Below, in pieces: positions 30,739 through 41,683 of a stretch of 64,000 nucleotides of DNA. The translations under genes were made by a program, and so were the position numbers. Each line of letters opens with the position of its first letter. Position 1 is the stretch's first letter. Origin of the DNA: Candidatus Latescibacterota bacterium. Lineage in GTDB: Bacteria; Latescibacterota; UBA2968; GCA-2709665. Location: NCBI GenBank assembly GCA_965219455.1, contig OZ244744.1, forward strand, positions 928,001 to 992,000. The letters run 5' to 3'. The notes below the pieces were generated by a model. The model saw only the letters and a program-made list of their open reading frames with translations, had not been told where the DNA came from and did not search any database.

Positions 30739-32834
30739 CTAGTTTGATTCCGTTTGTTGGCCGAAGTTCTTTGCGAATATCAGAAAGTCCGAGAATCCCA
30801 CCTCGCCGTCGCCGTCCAGATCGAAACGTGCATCAAATCGCAGGTCGCCGCGGCTAAACCCGAAATTCGCAGCAAACTGAACGAAGTCTGCGAAGCGGAC
30901 GGCGCCATCGCCATCGAAATCGGGATTTGGGGTTTGAGTTACCCGGTATGGCGTCAGATCCCACCTCAGAATGGTACCGTCATAAGACCCCGACGCGAGG
31001 GCCTTGCCGTCGGGCGTAAACGACACGCTGGTGACGTAGCTGTTGTGCCCTAAAAAGGTAGCGATGATTTCACCGGTGGACATGTCGTATAGCCTGACCA
31101 GGTCTCCAAACGTGCCAACGGCGAACATCGTCATGTCGGGGGAGAATGCCACGCAATTGGGCCACTTTGCTTTATGCGTGGCAGTAGGACGGCCTGTCGC
31201 CAGGTCCCACAGCTTAACGGAATCGTCGCGTGACCCGGTAGCCAATGAGGTCCCATTCTGAGAAAAGGCCATCGATAGAACCTGCCCGGAATGTCCTTCA
31301 AGGTCGCGGGCGGAGGTCCCACTCTCTACGTCCCACAGTCTGACGTCCCCGCCGTGCGTCCCTGCAGCCAGTGATGCGCCGTTCGGCGAAAAAAGCAGCG
31401 ACGTGACCGAAGTATTCAGCCCCGTGAACCTGTCGATATTGGTTACGGTATTCGGGATCCAGAGGTAGACGTTTCCTTCTTCATCCCCTGAAGCGAGGGT
31501 CGTCCCATCGGGTGAAAAGGACACCTGTCGGACGGCGAAGCTGTGCGGGAGGGAGTTGGTGCGGCTGTGTGTGTCCAGGTTCCACAGCCGGACCGTCTTG
31601 TCCTGTGACGCGGAAGCAAGCGTTGTCCCATCGGGCGAAAAGAAAATGAACCGATTCGACCGAATCCATGTCCGACAAGTGCGGCGGCCAGGCGCCCCGT
31701 CGCAGCGTCCCAAATGTTGACGACTCCTTTGTATGCATCGGAATGGGAAGCCACCGTTGCGCCGTCCGGCGAAATCGCCAGAGCGGAAACCAATCCCAGA
31801 TGGCCGGAAATGGTGGTGAAATTCCCGGTCTTGTAGTCCCACAAAAAGACGTTTCCGTCATCGGATGCGGTTGCGAGGGTCGCGCCATCAGGAGAATACG
31901 CAATCGCGCGTACCTCGCCTTTATGGCGGTCAAACGTGGCGATTCTTTGCCGTGTCATGGCGTCCCAAACCGGGACCGAACCATTATATGTCCCGTATGC
32001 GAGCGTGGTGCCATCCGGAGAAAACGCAACACACAAGGGTTGCCACCCATTATCCAGAGGAGCCGCGGCTATTGTGCGCGATGGCACGTGCCACAGCAGG
32101 ACCGTTCCATCGCCGGAACCCGAAGCCAGAATTTTCCCGTCCGGTGAAAAAGACACGGATCGGACTTCCCTCTCGTGGCCTTCGAGGGTGGCGATTTGGG
32201 TGAGGGTCGCTATGTCCCACAACAGGACCGCACTGCCGCTGCGAGAAGCCGTCGCGAGGGTCTTCCCGTCCGGTGAATACGACATCGAGATGCCGAAGCC
32301 CCAATTGTCGACGATTCCCGTGAGGGCAGCAGAGGTGAGGCTTCCGGTCGCCAGGTCCAACCGTTGTAGCATTCCGCTCCCGGAAACAAAAATAAAGGTT
32401 TTACCGTCCGGAGACGGTACCAGATATGGCAACATTCGAGTTTCAAATGTAAATGTGTTCGTATTCGTTGCCGATGCCACGTCCCACAGCCTCAAGTCTG
32501 TATACCCCCTTGACATCCCCCCCGAGGCAAGTGTGGCGCCATCTGAAGAAAAGGATAACGAAATCACACGTCCCGCGGGCAGGAGAGCGGCTACTTCAAG
32601 ATCCTCCACCGTGTAGATCCATACACCAGTGCCACTTGCGACAGCCAGGAGTCTGCCGTCCGGAGAAAAAGCAATCGCCCGGTCCGAATCGCCAATTCTC
32701 CCCTTCCCCATTCGAACCGTAGCGCCTCGAGGCAAGTTCCACGTTGGAAAGTTTTCGGAATCGCTAACGACCTGGGCGAAGAGCGGTTGCAGGCAGACAA
32801 CGATCAGCAGAAACGAGCAAGCAAGATGCCTCAA
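30739..32834 (-). pseudogene. second WD40/EF-hand-like paralogue with one frameshift near 31640
   Basis: The 5' half (ORF 31443-32834) and 3' half (ORF 30739-31842) join at ggttcattttcttttcgcccgatggg, where one extra T restores FSPDG. Confidence 0.85.
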
Positions 32835-33154
32835 GCCCTAACTCCTTTAATGATTGATACCAGATGCGTGCAGTGGTGAAAGTTATATAATGCAACGTTA
32901 CCGAAAGCCGAACATACCACATGTCTATCAAAAAACCTTATTATTCTCGCGGCAACGTGGCGGCTTATGAGTGGATCTTTCTGTAAACCGCCAGGTATAT
33001 CGGCCAACTGCCGTTGCAGTTCGGACCATGGGGCGCACTTTAGATGAGAATGCTAATTCCCAGATGGGAATCGATCAGGAAGGAAGAAGTGCAATCGGGA
33101 CGGCTTTCCAGGCTGGAAGCCGCCCTGCCAGAGTTATGCGCTGACTCACTTGCT

Positions 33155-33883
33155 TCAGACGGCCGCCACCGCCTCCGCCATCTCACCCAACGAGAAAAAG
33201 ACGAAGTCGGTTTTCGGCATCGTTTCCACCCGCTCTGTTGCGCCCCAATTCCCGCCCTCCGACAACCGCTGCCGGTCGATCCAGGCCGTGGCCAGGCCGA
33301 ACTTCCTTGCCGGAACATGGTCGTGGTGCAGACTCTGCGCGGTGTGCAGCACGTCGGATCGTTCCATCCCCAGGTCCGACTTCAGGTGGGCGAGCAGGTA
33401 CTCGAAGTTGGCGTCGGCCGGTTTGTAGGAGCCGATGTCTTCAGCGGTATAGATGGCGTCGAAATCGACGCCCAACTTGCGGTTCGACTCGGCGATGCCG
33501 TCGCGGTGAACGTTGGAAAGGATGACGAGCTTGTAGTGCTGCTTGAGGGCTCGTAGCGCATCGGCGGTGTCCCGGAATGCGGGCCAGTGCGGCAAAGAGG
33601 CGCCGAACGCCGCGTCGAGTTGGTCGTTAGTCTGCAGGCCGAGTCTCTCCGCCATGCGAGCGTGCACCCGGGCGAGCAGTTCCGGATAGCGCAGGCCGGG
33701 CGTGGCCCGCTCCTGCCGGCTCTCGCATTGCGCGAAGGCGCGCAGCACCGCGTCACGCGTGAGGCACGTGACTGAGTTACGCATCATCAGCGGCTGCAAT
33801 GCATCCCAGATTCCGCATTCCCAGTCAATCAGGGTGCCGTAGCAGTCGAAGGTCAGGACACGGTAGTCGGTCAGTACAGGCAT
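33155..33883 (-). CDS. HAD-superfamily hydrolase, haloacid dehalogenase type II-like
   Basis: LTFDCYGTLIDWE, ILSNV, IGSYKP and HTAQSLHHDH. Confidence 0.92.
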   Translation of the reverse strand: MPVLTDYRVLTFDCYGTLIDWECGIWDALQPLMMRNSVTCLTRDAVLRAFAQCESRQERATPGLRYPELLARVHARMAERLGLQTNDQLDAAFGASLPHWPAFRDTADALRALKQHYKLVILSNVHRDGIAESNRKLGVDFDAIYTAEDIGSYKPADANFEYLLAHLKSDLGMERSDVLHTAQSLHHDHVPARKFGLATAWIDRQRLSEGGNWGATERVETMPKTDFVFFSLGEMAEAVAAV

Positions 33884-34036
33884 ACGCTCGTTTCTACGGG
33901 TCCCTCAGTGTCCCGTCCCGGAAATATGTTACCATTCATCCGCCTGCCTCGCATGCTTCAGCAGGCAGGCCGATTCGTCCCGTCTCGCCACCGTGAGATA
34001 CAATCTTCGCCACACCCAAACGTCCCCTATTCCCTT

Positions 34037-34128
34037 GCCCTTTTTCTTGCTTCGCCCAAGAAAAAGGGCGAAAAAGAAGGGCGCCGCTCGGCGCGGGGCC
34101 GGTTTTTCCGCGAATCACCTCAGGGGCA
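34037..34128. repeat. hairpin repeat family 3, copy 1
   Basis: gccctttttcttg/caagaaaaagggc...gcgccgctc...gcgggg...ttttccgcgaatc.cctcag matches the reverse complement of 41684-41777. Confidence 0.75.
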
Positions 34129-34314
34129 TAAGCGGAAATTCGGTGGCCTACGGGCTCCTTAACTGTACCAATACAACAGTGCTGGTCGGATTCACACGGA
34201 AAAACCCCCATCGCCGCCACCGGACGGCGAGGAGTTAGACCTGTAAGGACAGCTTCCTGGAATTGCGGTTCTGCCGCTAGTCGCTATCTCCTGCGATCCC
34301 TGGGCGCGCCTGGT

Positions 34315-35115
34315 CTACGCCGCGGCGATCGTCTCTCGCAGGTGCTGCGCCGCCAGCCTGAACGTCTCCCTGTCGTCGCATTCGTTGACGTCCTGCCCCT
34401 CGAACGTGATCGAAATCACCCCGTTGAAGCCCGCCGACTTCAGAATCCCGACGATGCGCGGGTAATTGAGCCACTCCTCCCGGCCGCTGTCGATCTTGTA
34501 GATCTTGGCGCGGACTTGCGACGCATGCGGCGCGGTCTGTTCCATGTAGCGGTAGACGTCGACGTCCGGATCGCCCACGCCGCGATTCAGCCCGGGCGAT
34601 CCCACCCACTGGCCGGTGTCCAGGATAAAGGTGAAGTTCTCGCGGTCGGTTTCCCTGAAAATGCGCAGGACGTTGTCGCCCGTACTCGGGTGATTCTGAA
34701 GACCCACGATAATCCCGGCATCGGCCGCGAAATCGCACACTTCCTGAAAGCATCGGATCTCGCGCCCCGGGTCCCTCTCCTCCGGGGCCCCGCAGAAGAG
34801 CCGGATCATCGGCGCTCCCAGGAAGGCGGCCACTTCCACGTCGGCCTTCGCCTGCTCGACCTTCTGTCGCAACTCCTCATCCGTACCCACAAAATGCCCG
34901 CCCGACGCGAGATAGCCGATAGGAAGCCCGGCTCTCAGGCACTTTATCTTCAAGCCTCGCAGATAGTCGCGGTCCAGGGAGCCGAAACCCACGTCCACCC
35001 GGAAGTCGATGACATCCAGCTGCAACTCGTAAGCAAGCTCAATAAACGACTCGACGTCCGGAAACGCCTTGGGTTCTTCCTTGCCGAAATACGAAGCATA
35101 AATGCCAACCTTCAT
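34315..35115 (-). CDS. sugar phosphate isomerase/epimerase (xylose-isomerase-like TIM barrel)
   Basis: AAFLGAPMIRLFCG, GLQNH, FILDTG and GFNGVISITFEG pattern. Confidence 0.82.
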   Translation of the reverse strand: MKVGIYASYFGKEEPKAFPDVESFIELAYELQLDVIDFRVDVGFGSLDRDYLRGLKIKCLRAGLPIGYLASGGHFVGTDEELRQKVEQAKADVEVAAFLGAPMIRLFCGAPEERDPGREIRCFQEVCDFAADAGIIVGLQNHPSTGDNVLRIFRETDRENFTFILDTGQWVGSPGLNRGVGDPDVDVYRYMEQTAPHASQVRAKIYKIDSGREEWLNYPRIVGILKSAGFNGVISITFEGQDVNECDDRETFRLAAQHLRETIAAA

Positions 35116-35164
35116 TGCGAATCCTCCAATAGTGTCACGTCACAAGAATAGGTCACCATACAAC

Positions 35165-35517
35165 CACCGATTCATCCCGTCTCGCAGCGTTGCTAAAAGG
35201 CGGTGAGACGGAAGAGGTAAGCGGTGTTAGTTGCTTTCCCGTATCACTCGTCCGTAAATGGACACTCGTTGTGCGAAACGAGAAGTGGGTTGCGCAGCGG
35301 AGCGCGAGACCGACCCCCTAACCCCCTTCCTGAAGGAAGGGGGAACTGTCATCGCTTGAAGACATATCGACAGATAAATAACCCACGTGACATATTGTTA
35401 CGGGTCAACGCTTTCCTCCCCTTTCTTTTAGGAGAGGGGGCCGGGGGGAGAGGTCACGGGGCTGACGTCAACTGATCGGGTTTTAGATTCAAGCTGACGG
35501 CTGAGAACTGATAGCTG
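35165..35517. repeat. ~355-bp dispersed repeat, copy B (inverse of 1803-2157)
   Basis: Direct comparison of the two intergenic regions. Confidence 0.9.
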
Positions 35518-35542
35518 TTTTTTTCTACTTAGAATGTCCAAT

Positions 35543-36388
35543 TCACACCGCCCGGTTGGCCTCGTCGACGTACTGGTTGATGCCCGGCACTTCTCTCATC
35601 CCGTGCCAGACCCCCCGGAAAAGTGTCTGGCGTTTGGGCGGCAATGCGGCGATCACCTCCGGCGGCGGGCACCCCTTCCCCCATTTGGCGTTGACCGTGT
35701 TGTAACAGGTAAAGAGAGTCAGCCGGTCGCGGGTCTCGTTGGTCCAGCGCGTGCCCGTGTGGCAGAGGGCCTCGGTGAAAATCACCGCCGATCCCGCGGG
35801 GCAGGTATAGGTCTCCCATAGCGAACTCTCGCGGCCGCTGACTTCCTCCGGTCGCGGAAAGGCAGCCTTGTGACTGCCGGTGAGGAACATCGTTCCCCCG
35901 TCGCCGGCGCCCACTTCGTTGAGTTCCCACACCACGCGGGTCAGGCCCGAATGGACCTGCCCCGGCAGCATCTGGTAGATGTGGGAATTGCCGCAGAAAG
36001 AAAAATAGGCGCCGCCCCCGTGAGGACCGAAATTATCGTTCCCGGCCTTTCGATGGCTGGTGTACGTGTGGTCGTATCGAAACCCGTAACAGTCTTCGGT
36101 AGCCAACGGGCGATGGGAGAGGATTTCGTTGAGCACCCCCACCACCGCGGGATGATCCAGAAGCGCCTGCGACGGCCCGCCGTGGTTGTCCCGTTTTTCA
36201 GGGGGGAGCGCTTCGCGGCGGTAAAGAAAATCCATCTGATGCTGCCGGATCCGGTCGAGTTGCTCTTCGTGGAACAGACCGGGCAGACAGATCCAGCCCT
36301 TAAGATCGAAGGTGTACTTCTGCGCGTCGGTCATTGGTACCACCGGCAGACCGTCCGCATTCGTCGTGGGAAGAAGCGCCGTATCCAT
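35543..36388 (-). CDS. PhyH-family dioxygenase
   Basis: QKYTFDLKGWICLPG, LLDHP, PHGG, VVWEL, GGTMFLTGSHK and GSAVIFTEALCHTG; start at MDTALL with a GAGGA RBS. Confidence 0.85.
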   Translation of the reverse strand: MDTALLPTTNADGLPVVPMTDAQKYTFDLKGWICLPGLFHEEQLDRIRQHQMDFLYRREALPPEKRDNHGGPSQALLDHPAVVGVLNEILSHRPLATEDCYGFRYDHTYTSHRKAGNDNFGPHGGGAYFSFCGNSHIYQMLPGQVHSGLTRVVWELNEVGAGDGGTMFLTGSHKAAFPRPEEVSGRESSLWETYTCPAGSAVIFTEALCHTGTRWTNETRDRLTLFTCYNTVNAKWGKGCPPPEVIAALPPKRQTLFRGVWHGMREVPGINQYVDEANRAV

Positions 36389-36438
36389 CGTTGTCCTCGC
36401 TTGTTGGTTGCGGTTGTGCTGCCTGTCGGATCGGACTC

Positions 36439-36603
36439 TATCAGTCCGTTGAAAAAGTCGCTCTGCAGGCGAGGCCGAGTCATTGTGGCCGAAGACAAGG
36501 CGCGCGACCGCGTCGAATCGGGGATTCGGGGAGGGAGTGCAACGCAGTAATTCGGCCACAAGGGCCGGACGCAGCCCGGATGGACTTTTTCAACGGGCTG
36601 CTA
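36439..36603. mobile_element. 165-bp MITE-like element with 21-bp terminal inverted repeats
   Basis: tatcagtccgttgaaaaagtc (36439-36459) / gactttttcaacgggctgcta (36583-36603), 2 mismatches; internal stem ttgtggccgaa/ttcggccacaa. Confidence 0.75.
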
Positions 36604-37034
36604 TGCCAGACCTTCAGGCATCGTCCGATGCCGCAGGAGATGCTTCGTCAGCCTGGCGGCTTCCTCAGCATGACAGTTTGTGACCACGCAGCGGGCAGAC
36701 AGGAATGTCTGCCCCACCTTCAAAACGGCTTCGACAGCATGACAGTGGGCGTTGAGCCGGTCGAAACTGCCCGATGCCAGAAGATAATTGCGCGGCGGCG
36801 AAAATACAAGAAGTGCGATGAACGCGGCTGCGGCGTTTAAGCCAGGTTGACGACGGTCGCTGGCAAATTTCGAATCGCCGCACGTGGAGCGGTGAGAAAA
36901 ATTTTGATCTCGCACGTTTTCCGTCTATATTTTGGTTAAATCAAATGCAAACCGATACTCGCAACAACGGTTTCGTACGACATTCCAGACCACAGCTTTC
37001 CAATACATCACTTTTAAAGACAGGAGCCCCGCAA

Positions 37035-38135
37035 ATGTCAGATCAATCCGGCGCTCACGTCACGGTCTACGTTGGCACCTATACGGACGACCGTACCGAA
37101 GGCCTGCACATTCTCAATCTAGATACCTCGTCCGGCGAACTCGAAGCCGTGTCGAAGGTACCGGACGTTCACAATCCCTTCTTCCTCGCCGCCGACTCCC
37201 GCGGCCGTTTCCTGTACGCGGCATGCGCCGTGGACGAATTCGACGGCAGACCGGGGGGCTGCATCAAGTCGTACTCCATCGATCCCGGATCCGGCGCCCT
37301 TACGCTGCTCAATGAGCAGCATGCCGGAGGCGACCTGCCCTGTTATCTCAGCGTTGACCGGACAAACCGCTGTCTGCTTGCCGGAAACTACGGGTCCGGC
37401 AGCCTGGCAGCACTTGCGATCGATGAGAACGGACAACTCGAACCTGTTTCCCAGGTCGTCCGGCACGAAGGATCCAGCGTAAACAGCGAACGCCAGGAGG
37501 GCCCGCACGTTCACTCCATTGTTCTCTCACCCGATCATCGTTTCGCGTTTGCCGCCGACCTGGGTATCGACAAAGTAATGAGCTACGGGCTCGACGCATC
37601 GTCGGCCAGCATAGAACCGACCGGGCAGGCGTTCGTTTCGACTCGCGCGGGTGCGGGACCCAGGCACATCGCCTTCCATCCCGACGGCGGCAGGGCCTAC
37701 GTGATCAACGAACTCGACAGCACCATCGTCGTCTTCGACTACGATGCCGAGTCCGGATTCCTCGCTGAACGCCAGATTCTCTCCGCCCTGCCCGACGACT
37801 ACGGCGGCGAGAACTTCTGCGCCGACATCCGGGTCCACCCTTCCGGCCGTTTTCTCTACGGCTCCAACCGGGGGCACGACAGCATCGCGGTTATGTCGAT
37901 CGACGGCGCTACGGGCCAACTCACCCCCCTCGGCCATGAGCCCTCGCGCGGCGCCTGGCCCTGGAACCTTGCATTCGATCCCGCGGGCAAGTATCTCCTC
38001 GCCGCCAATCAACGCGGCAACGCGGTCACCTGTTTCCGGATCAACCCGGACACCGGCGCCCTTGAGCACGTCGGCAGCCCCGTCGAAGTACCGGGTGCCG
38101 TCTGTGTCGAAATTCCATCCCCGACCGTTCGATAA
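37035..38135 (+). CDS. 6-phosphogluconolactonase-like 7-bladed beta-propeller lactonase
   Basis: YVGTYT, ERQEGPHVH, ADLGID, GAGPRH, VINELDS and LYGSNRGHDSIA; AGGAG RBS. Confidence 0.93.
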   Translation: MSDQSGAHVTVYVGTYTDDRTEGLHILNLDTSSGELEAVSKVPDVHNPFFLAADSRGRFLYAACAVDEFDGRPGGCIKSYSIDPGSGALTLLNEQHAGGDLPCYLSVDRTNRCLLAGNYGSGSLAALAIDENGQLEPVSQVVRHEGSSVNSERQEGPHVHSIVLSPDHRFAFAADLGIDKVMSYGLDASSASIEPTGQAFVSTRAGAGPRHIAFHPDGGRAYVINELDSTIVVFDYDAESGFLAERQILSALPDDYGGENFCADIRVHPSGRFLYGSNRGHDSIAVMSIDGATGQLTPLGHEPSRGAWPWNLAFDPAGKYLLAANQRGNAVTCFRINPDTGALEHVGSPVEVPGAVCVEIPSPTVR

Positions 38136-38136
38136 A

Positions 38137-39366
38137 ATGGCACCAACCACCACCGCCGGACCCCTCGCAGGATGTCGCGTACTGGAAATGGGCAGCACCG
38201 TTTCCGGTCCGTTCTGCGGCCGCCTGCTGGCGGATTTTGGCGCGGAAGTCATCAAGGTGGAGCCGCCGTCCGGCGATCCCGTGCGCCAGATGGGCAAACG
38301 CAGCCGTGGCCGGTCGCTCTATGCGGCCAGCATCCTGCGAAACAAACACCTCATCTCGGTCGATCTGAGAACACCCGCCGGACAGGACGTCATCAAGCGA
38401 CTGGCGGAAGCCTCCGATGTGGTTGTTGAAAACTTCCGGCCGGGAAAAATGGAAGAATGGAACCTGGGTTTCGACGCCCTCTCCGCGATCCAACCCGGCA
38501 TCATCCTCGTCCGCATCAGCGGGTACGGGCAAACGGGCCCCTACCGGCATCGCCCCGGATACGGCGTCACCAGCGAGGCCGTGGGCGGGCTCAGAGAGGT
38601 CACGGGCGAACCCGACCGCCCACCCAGCCGCGTGAGCATCTCCCTCACGGACTGCATCACGGGGCTGTACGCCGCCTTCGGCGCCGTGCTGGCGCTTTTC
38701 TCCAGAACCCGAACCGGCAAGGGGCAGGTTGTCGACGCGGCGCTGTACGAGGGGGCATTCAGCTTTATGGAACCCCATGTTCCGGCATTCGCCGCACTGG
38801 GGACGGTGCCCACCCGAACGGGATCCCGGTTGCCAAACAGTACGCCCAACAACCTCTATCCCACGGCGGACGGCGACTTCATCCACATTACCGCCGGAAA
38901 TAACGCCACCTTCGAACGCCTCGCGACCTGTATGGGCGCCCCGCATCTCGCTGCTGATGATCGCTTCAAGACACCGACCGCTCGCTCCCGGCACGAAGAT
39001 GACATCGACGACATCATTGCCGCCTGGACGGCGGCGAATCCGCTTTCCAGTCTCGAGCGGAGACTTGAAGCCGGCGACGTTCCCGCCGCCCGCATATTCA
39101 CGCTTCGGGACATATTCGCCGATGAACATTACAGCGCGCGAGACATGCTGCTGGAAATGCCGGATGACGTCCTGGGTACGGTCACGTTGCCGGGCGTCGT
39201 ACCCCGTCTCTCGGAAACGCCGGGCGCCGTGCGTTGGGCCGGGCGGGAAGTAGGTGTTGACACCCGGGACGTACTGACGCGAGTCGCAGGATTCGAAACC
39301 GACGAAATTGAAGCGCTGGTCCGGCAAGAGACCATATACACCGCGCCGGGGCCCACTGGCGGGTAA
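38137..39366 (+). CDS. CaiB/BaiF family III CoA-transferase
   Basis: PLAGCRVLE, GPFCGRLLADFGAEVIKVE, DVVVENFRPG and ISGYGQTGPY. Confidence 0.95.
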   Translation: MAPTTTAGPLAGCRVLEMGSTVSGPFCGRLLADFGAEVIKVEPPSGDPVRQMGKRSRGRSLYAASILRNKHLISVDLRTPAGQDVIKRLAEASDVVVENFRPGKMEEWNLGFDALSAIQPGIILVRISGYGQTGPYRHRPGYGVTSEAVGGLREVTGEPDRPPSRVSISLTDCITGLYAAFGAVLALFSRTRTGKGQVVDAALYEGAFSFMEPHVPAFAALGTVPTRTGSRLPNSTPNNLYPTADGDFIHITAGNNATFERLATCMGAPHLAADDRFKTPTARSRHEDDIDDIIAAWTAANPLSSLERRLEAGDVPAARIFTLRDIFADEHYSARDMLLEMPDDVLGTVTLPGVVPRLSETPGAVRWAGREVGVDTRDVLTRVAGFETDEIEALVRQETIYTAPGPTGG

Positions 39367-39430
39367 GCGTCGGAAAACGCAGGAACCTGATGTCGTGGGC
39401 GAAGCATCGCCCGGTGTACAGGAGGTCCGG

Positions 39431-40996
39431 ATGAGCTGGCGGAAAGAGAGCGATGAACTCGAGGCGCGTCGGTCCTGGTCCAGAAAGATGGGCGGGGCCG
39501 AGAACGTCGAACGCCACCACGGTCAGGGAAAGCTCACCATTCGCGAACGCATCGATGCCCTGGTGGACGGCGGCTCGTTCACGGAGGTCGGGAGCCTCAG
39601 CGGCACAGGCGAGTACGACGAGGCAGGCAACGTCATCGGCGTCCAGCCCGCCCCCTACGTAATGGGCGTCGCCCGCATCAACGGAAGACCCGTGGCCATA
39701 GGCGGAGAGGATTTTACGGTCCGGGGCGGCAGCAGTCCCGGCACGCACCGCCGAAAGGGCGGACAGGGCGGCTTTATCGAAGACCTCGCGTCCAAGTATC
39801 TCATTCCGCTCATCAACCTCGCCGACGGGGCCGGCGGATCGGTCCGGGGCGCGGAAAAGCGGGGCTACACCGTATTCCCCGGCGTCAGCAGTTTTGGCCG
39901 CTCCGTCCAACTCCTGGGCGAAGTCCCTGTCGTATCCGCCGTACTCGGCAGTGCGGCCGGCGGGCCCGCCGGACGGGCCATACTCTCGCACTGGTCCGTC
40001 ATGGTACGACGCACCAGCCAGATTTTCTCAGGCGGGCCGCCCCTCGTCAAGCGGGCGCTCGGTGTAGAGGTATCAAAAGAAGACCTTGGCGGACCCGACA
40101 TCGCCGTCGACACGGCCGGCACCGTCGACAACGCGGTCGATACCGAACGAGAGTGCCTTTACATGATCCGGCGGTTTCTCTCCTACATGCCGCAGAACGT
40201 ATGGGAGCTGCCCCCCGCCGAGTCCAGCGACGACCCGGTTGACCGGTGCGAAGAGGAACTGCTGTCCATTGTCCCACGCGAACGCACCTCCCCGTATCCG
40301 ATGCACCGCCTGCTGGAACTGGTTGTAGACAAGGGCTCCATCTTCGAGATCCAGCCGACGTTCGGACGCGCGCTCATCACCTGCCTGGCGAGGCTCAACG
40401 GCCAGCCGGTGGGCATTGTCGCCAACAACCCCATGGTATGCGGGGGCGCAATGGGCGCCGGAGAAGCGCGCAAACAGACCCATTTCATCGAACTGTGCGA
40501 CTGCTTCCACATCCCGCTGATCTTTTTTGTGGACATCCCCGGATTCATGATCGGCACCGCCGCCGAGCAGGAGGCCACCCTTCGCGAAGGAATGAAGGCG
40601 GTCTTTGCGATTCACCGTGTCCGGGTACCCATCCTCACCCTCGTGATCCGGAAGTGTTACGGCATGGCCGGCATGGCCGCCGGCGACATGGACGAACTGG
40701 ACTTCAAGATCGCCTGGCCCTCCGGAGAGTGGGGATCCCTTCCCATCGAGGGCGGCGTCGCCGCCGCCTACCGGCGGGACATTGCCAACTCCGAGAATCC
40801 GGCAGCCCGCGAGAAGGAACTCGAAGAGGAACTTCGGCAATATGCGTCCCCATTTCGCTCCGCAGAAGCCTTCGCGGTCGAGGAAATCATCGATCCACGA
40901 GAAACCCGCCCCTTTCTGTGCAACTTCATCGCCCTCACCCGCAACCGCCTCCGCAACCTGCTCGGCCCCACCGACAAACGCGGCGTCTCGCCGTAG
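39431..40996 (+). CDS. acyl-CoA carboxylase carboxyltransferase subunit (PccB/MccB-like)
   Basis: GKLTIRERIDALVD, DFTVRGGS, GIVANNP, FFVDIPGFMIG, RKCYG and IIDPRETR; AGGAGG RBS. Confidence 0.93.
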   Translation: MSWRKESDELEARRSWSRKMGGAENVERHHGQGKLTIRERIDALVDGGSFTEVGSLSGTGEYDEAGNVIGVQPAPYVMGVARINGRPVAIGGEDFTVRGGSSPGTHRRKGGQGGFIEDLASKYLIPLINLADGAGGSVRGAEKRGYTVFPGVSSFGRSVQLLGEVPVVSAVLGSAAGGPAGRAILSHWSVMVRRTSQIFSGGPPLVKRALGVEVSKEDLGGPDIAVDTAGTVDNAVDTERECLYMIRRFLSYMPQNVWELPPAESSDDPVDRCEEELLSIVPRERTSPYPMHRLLELVVDKGSIFEIQPTFGRALITCLARLNGQPVGIVANNPMVCGGAMGAGEARKQTHFIELCDCFHIPLIFFVDIPGFMIGTAAEQEATLREGMKAVFAIHRVRVPILTLVIRKCYGMAGMAAGDMDELDFKIAWPSGEWGSLPIEGGVAAAYRRDIANSENPAAREKELEEELRQYASPFRSAEAFAVEEIIDPRETRPFLCNFIALTRNRLRNLLGPTDKRGVSP

Positions 40997-41024
40997 GCGG
41001 TGCGCACAACCACCCCGCATCCAG

Positions 41025-41297
41025 TGACCTCTCCCCCCGGCCCCCTCGGACAGAGCTATCAGCGGTCAGCCGTCAGCTTGAAACAAAAGGCGAAAACCAA
41101 CTTCATAGTCCATATCTCCCCAAATTCCCTGCCTTCGGCGAAAGTAACGGTCAGCTCTCAGCAGTCAGTAATCAGCTTGAAACAAAAGGCAGAAAGCAAC
41201 TTCACAATCCATATCTCCCCAAATTCCCTGCCTCCGGCGGGTTCCTTTTGAAGCGACCAAAAGGAACCAAAAGTCGCCGCTAGGCGCGGGGCCGTCC
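41025..41297. repeat. composite repeat region: C-run hairpin fragment, heptamer runs, 99-bp-period tandem duplication and a family-3-like hairpin
   Basis: gtgacctctccccccggccccctc (as at ~1864); tcagcttgaaacaaaagg...catatctccccaaattccctgcct at 41073 and 41172. Confidence 0.8.
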
Positions 41298-41683
41298 ATA
41301 TGCACAGCACGAATTGCCTCCCTGGAAGCACATGATCCTCTGCCCTACCAGCCACCGTAGAACAACGATCCTCGGCGCTGGACGGAAACACGCGCTCTGC
41401 TCTGGTAGCGCTCTGGCATGGAACCGTGTTCGCAAATTGCGTGGTTTCCCGAGCGCGAGCAGCAATCAGCGATCGGCCTGGCGAAGCCAATCGGCGATAC
41501 GCGAGACGAGGAGGGCAACCACAAGGGTTGCCCCTACAATATCGTAGCGCGCATTGGTTTTGCGGCCACTCGCTTGTTCCTCTCACCCGCACGGAGGTGC
41601 GGATGGGGCTTTTCCGCGCTAATCCATTCAGCAACACGGTTTATGGATGCCTGCGATTTCAGCAGGCCACCAAACCAGGTAAC

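Noticed and set aside
37744-38136. 540-aa version of the CoA-transferase
   Set aside because: The upstream part overlaps the lactonase in another frame; family homology begins at Met 38137.
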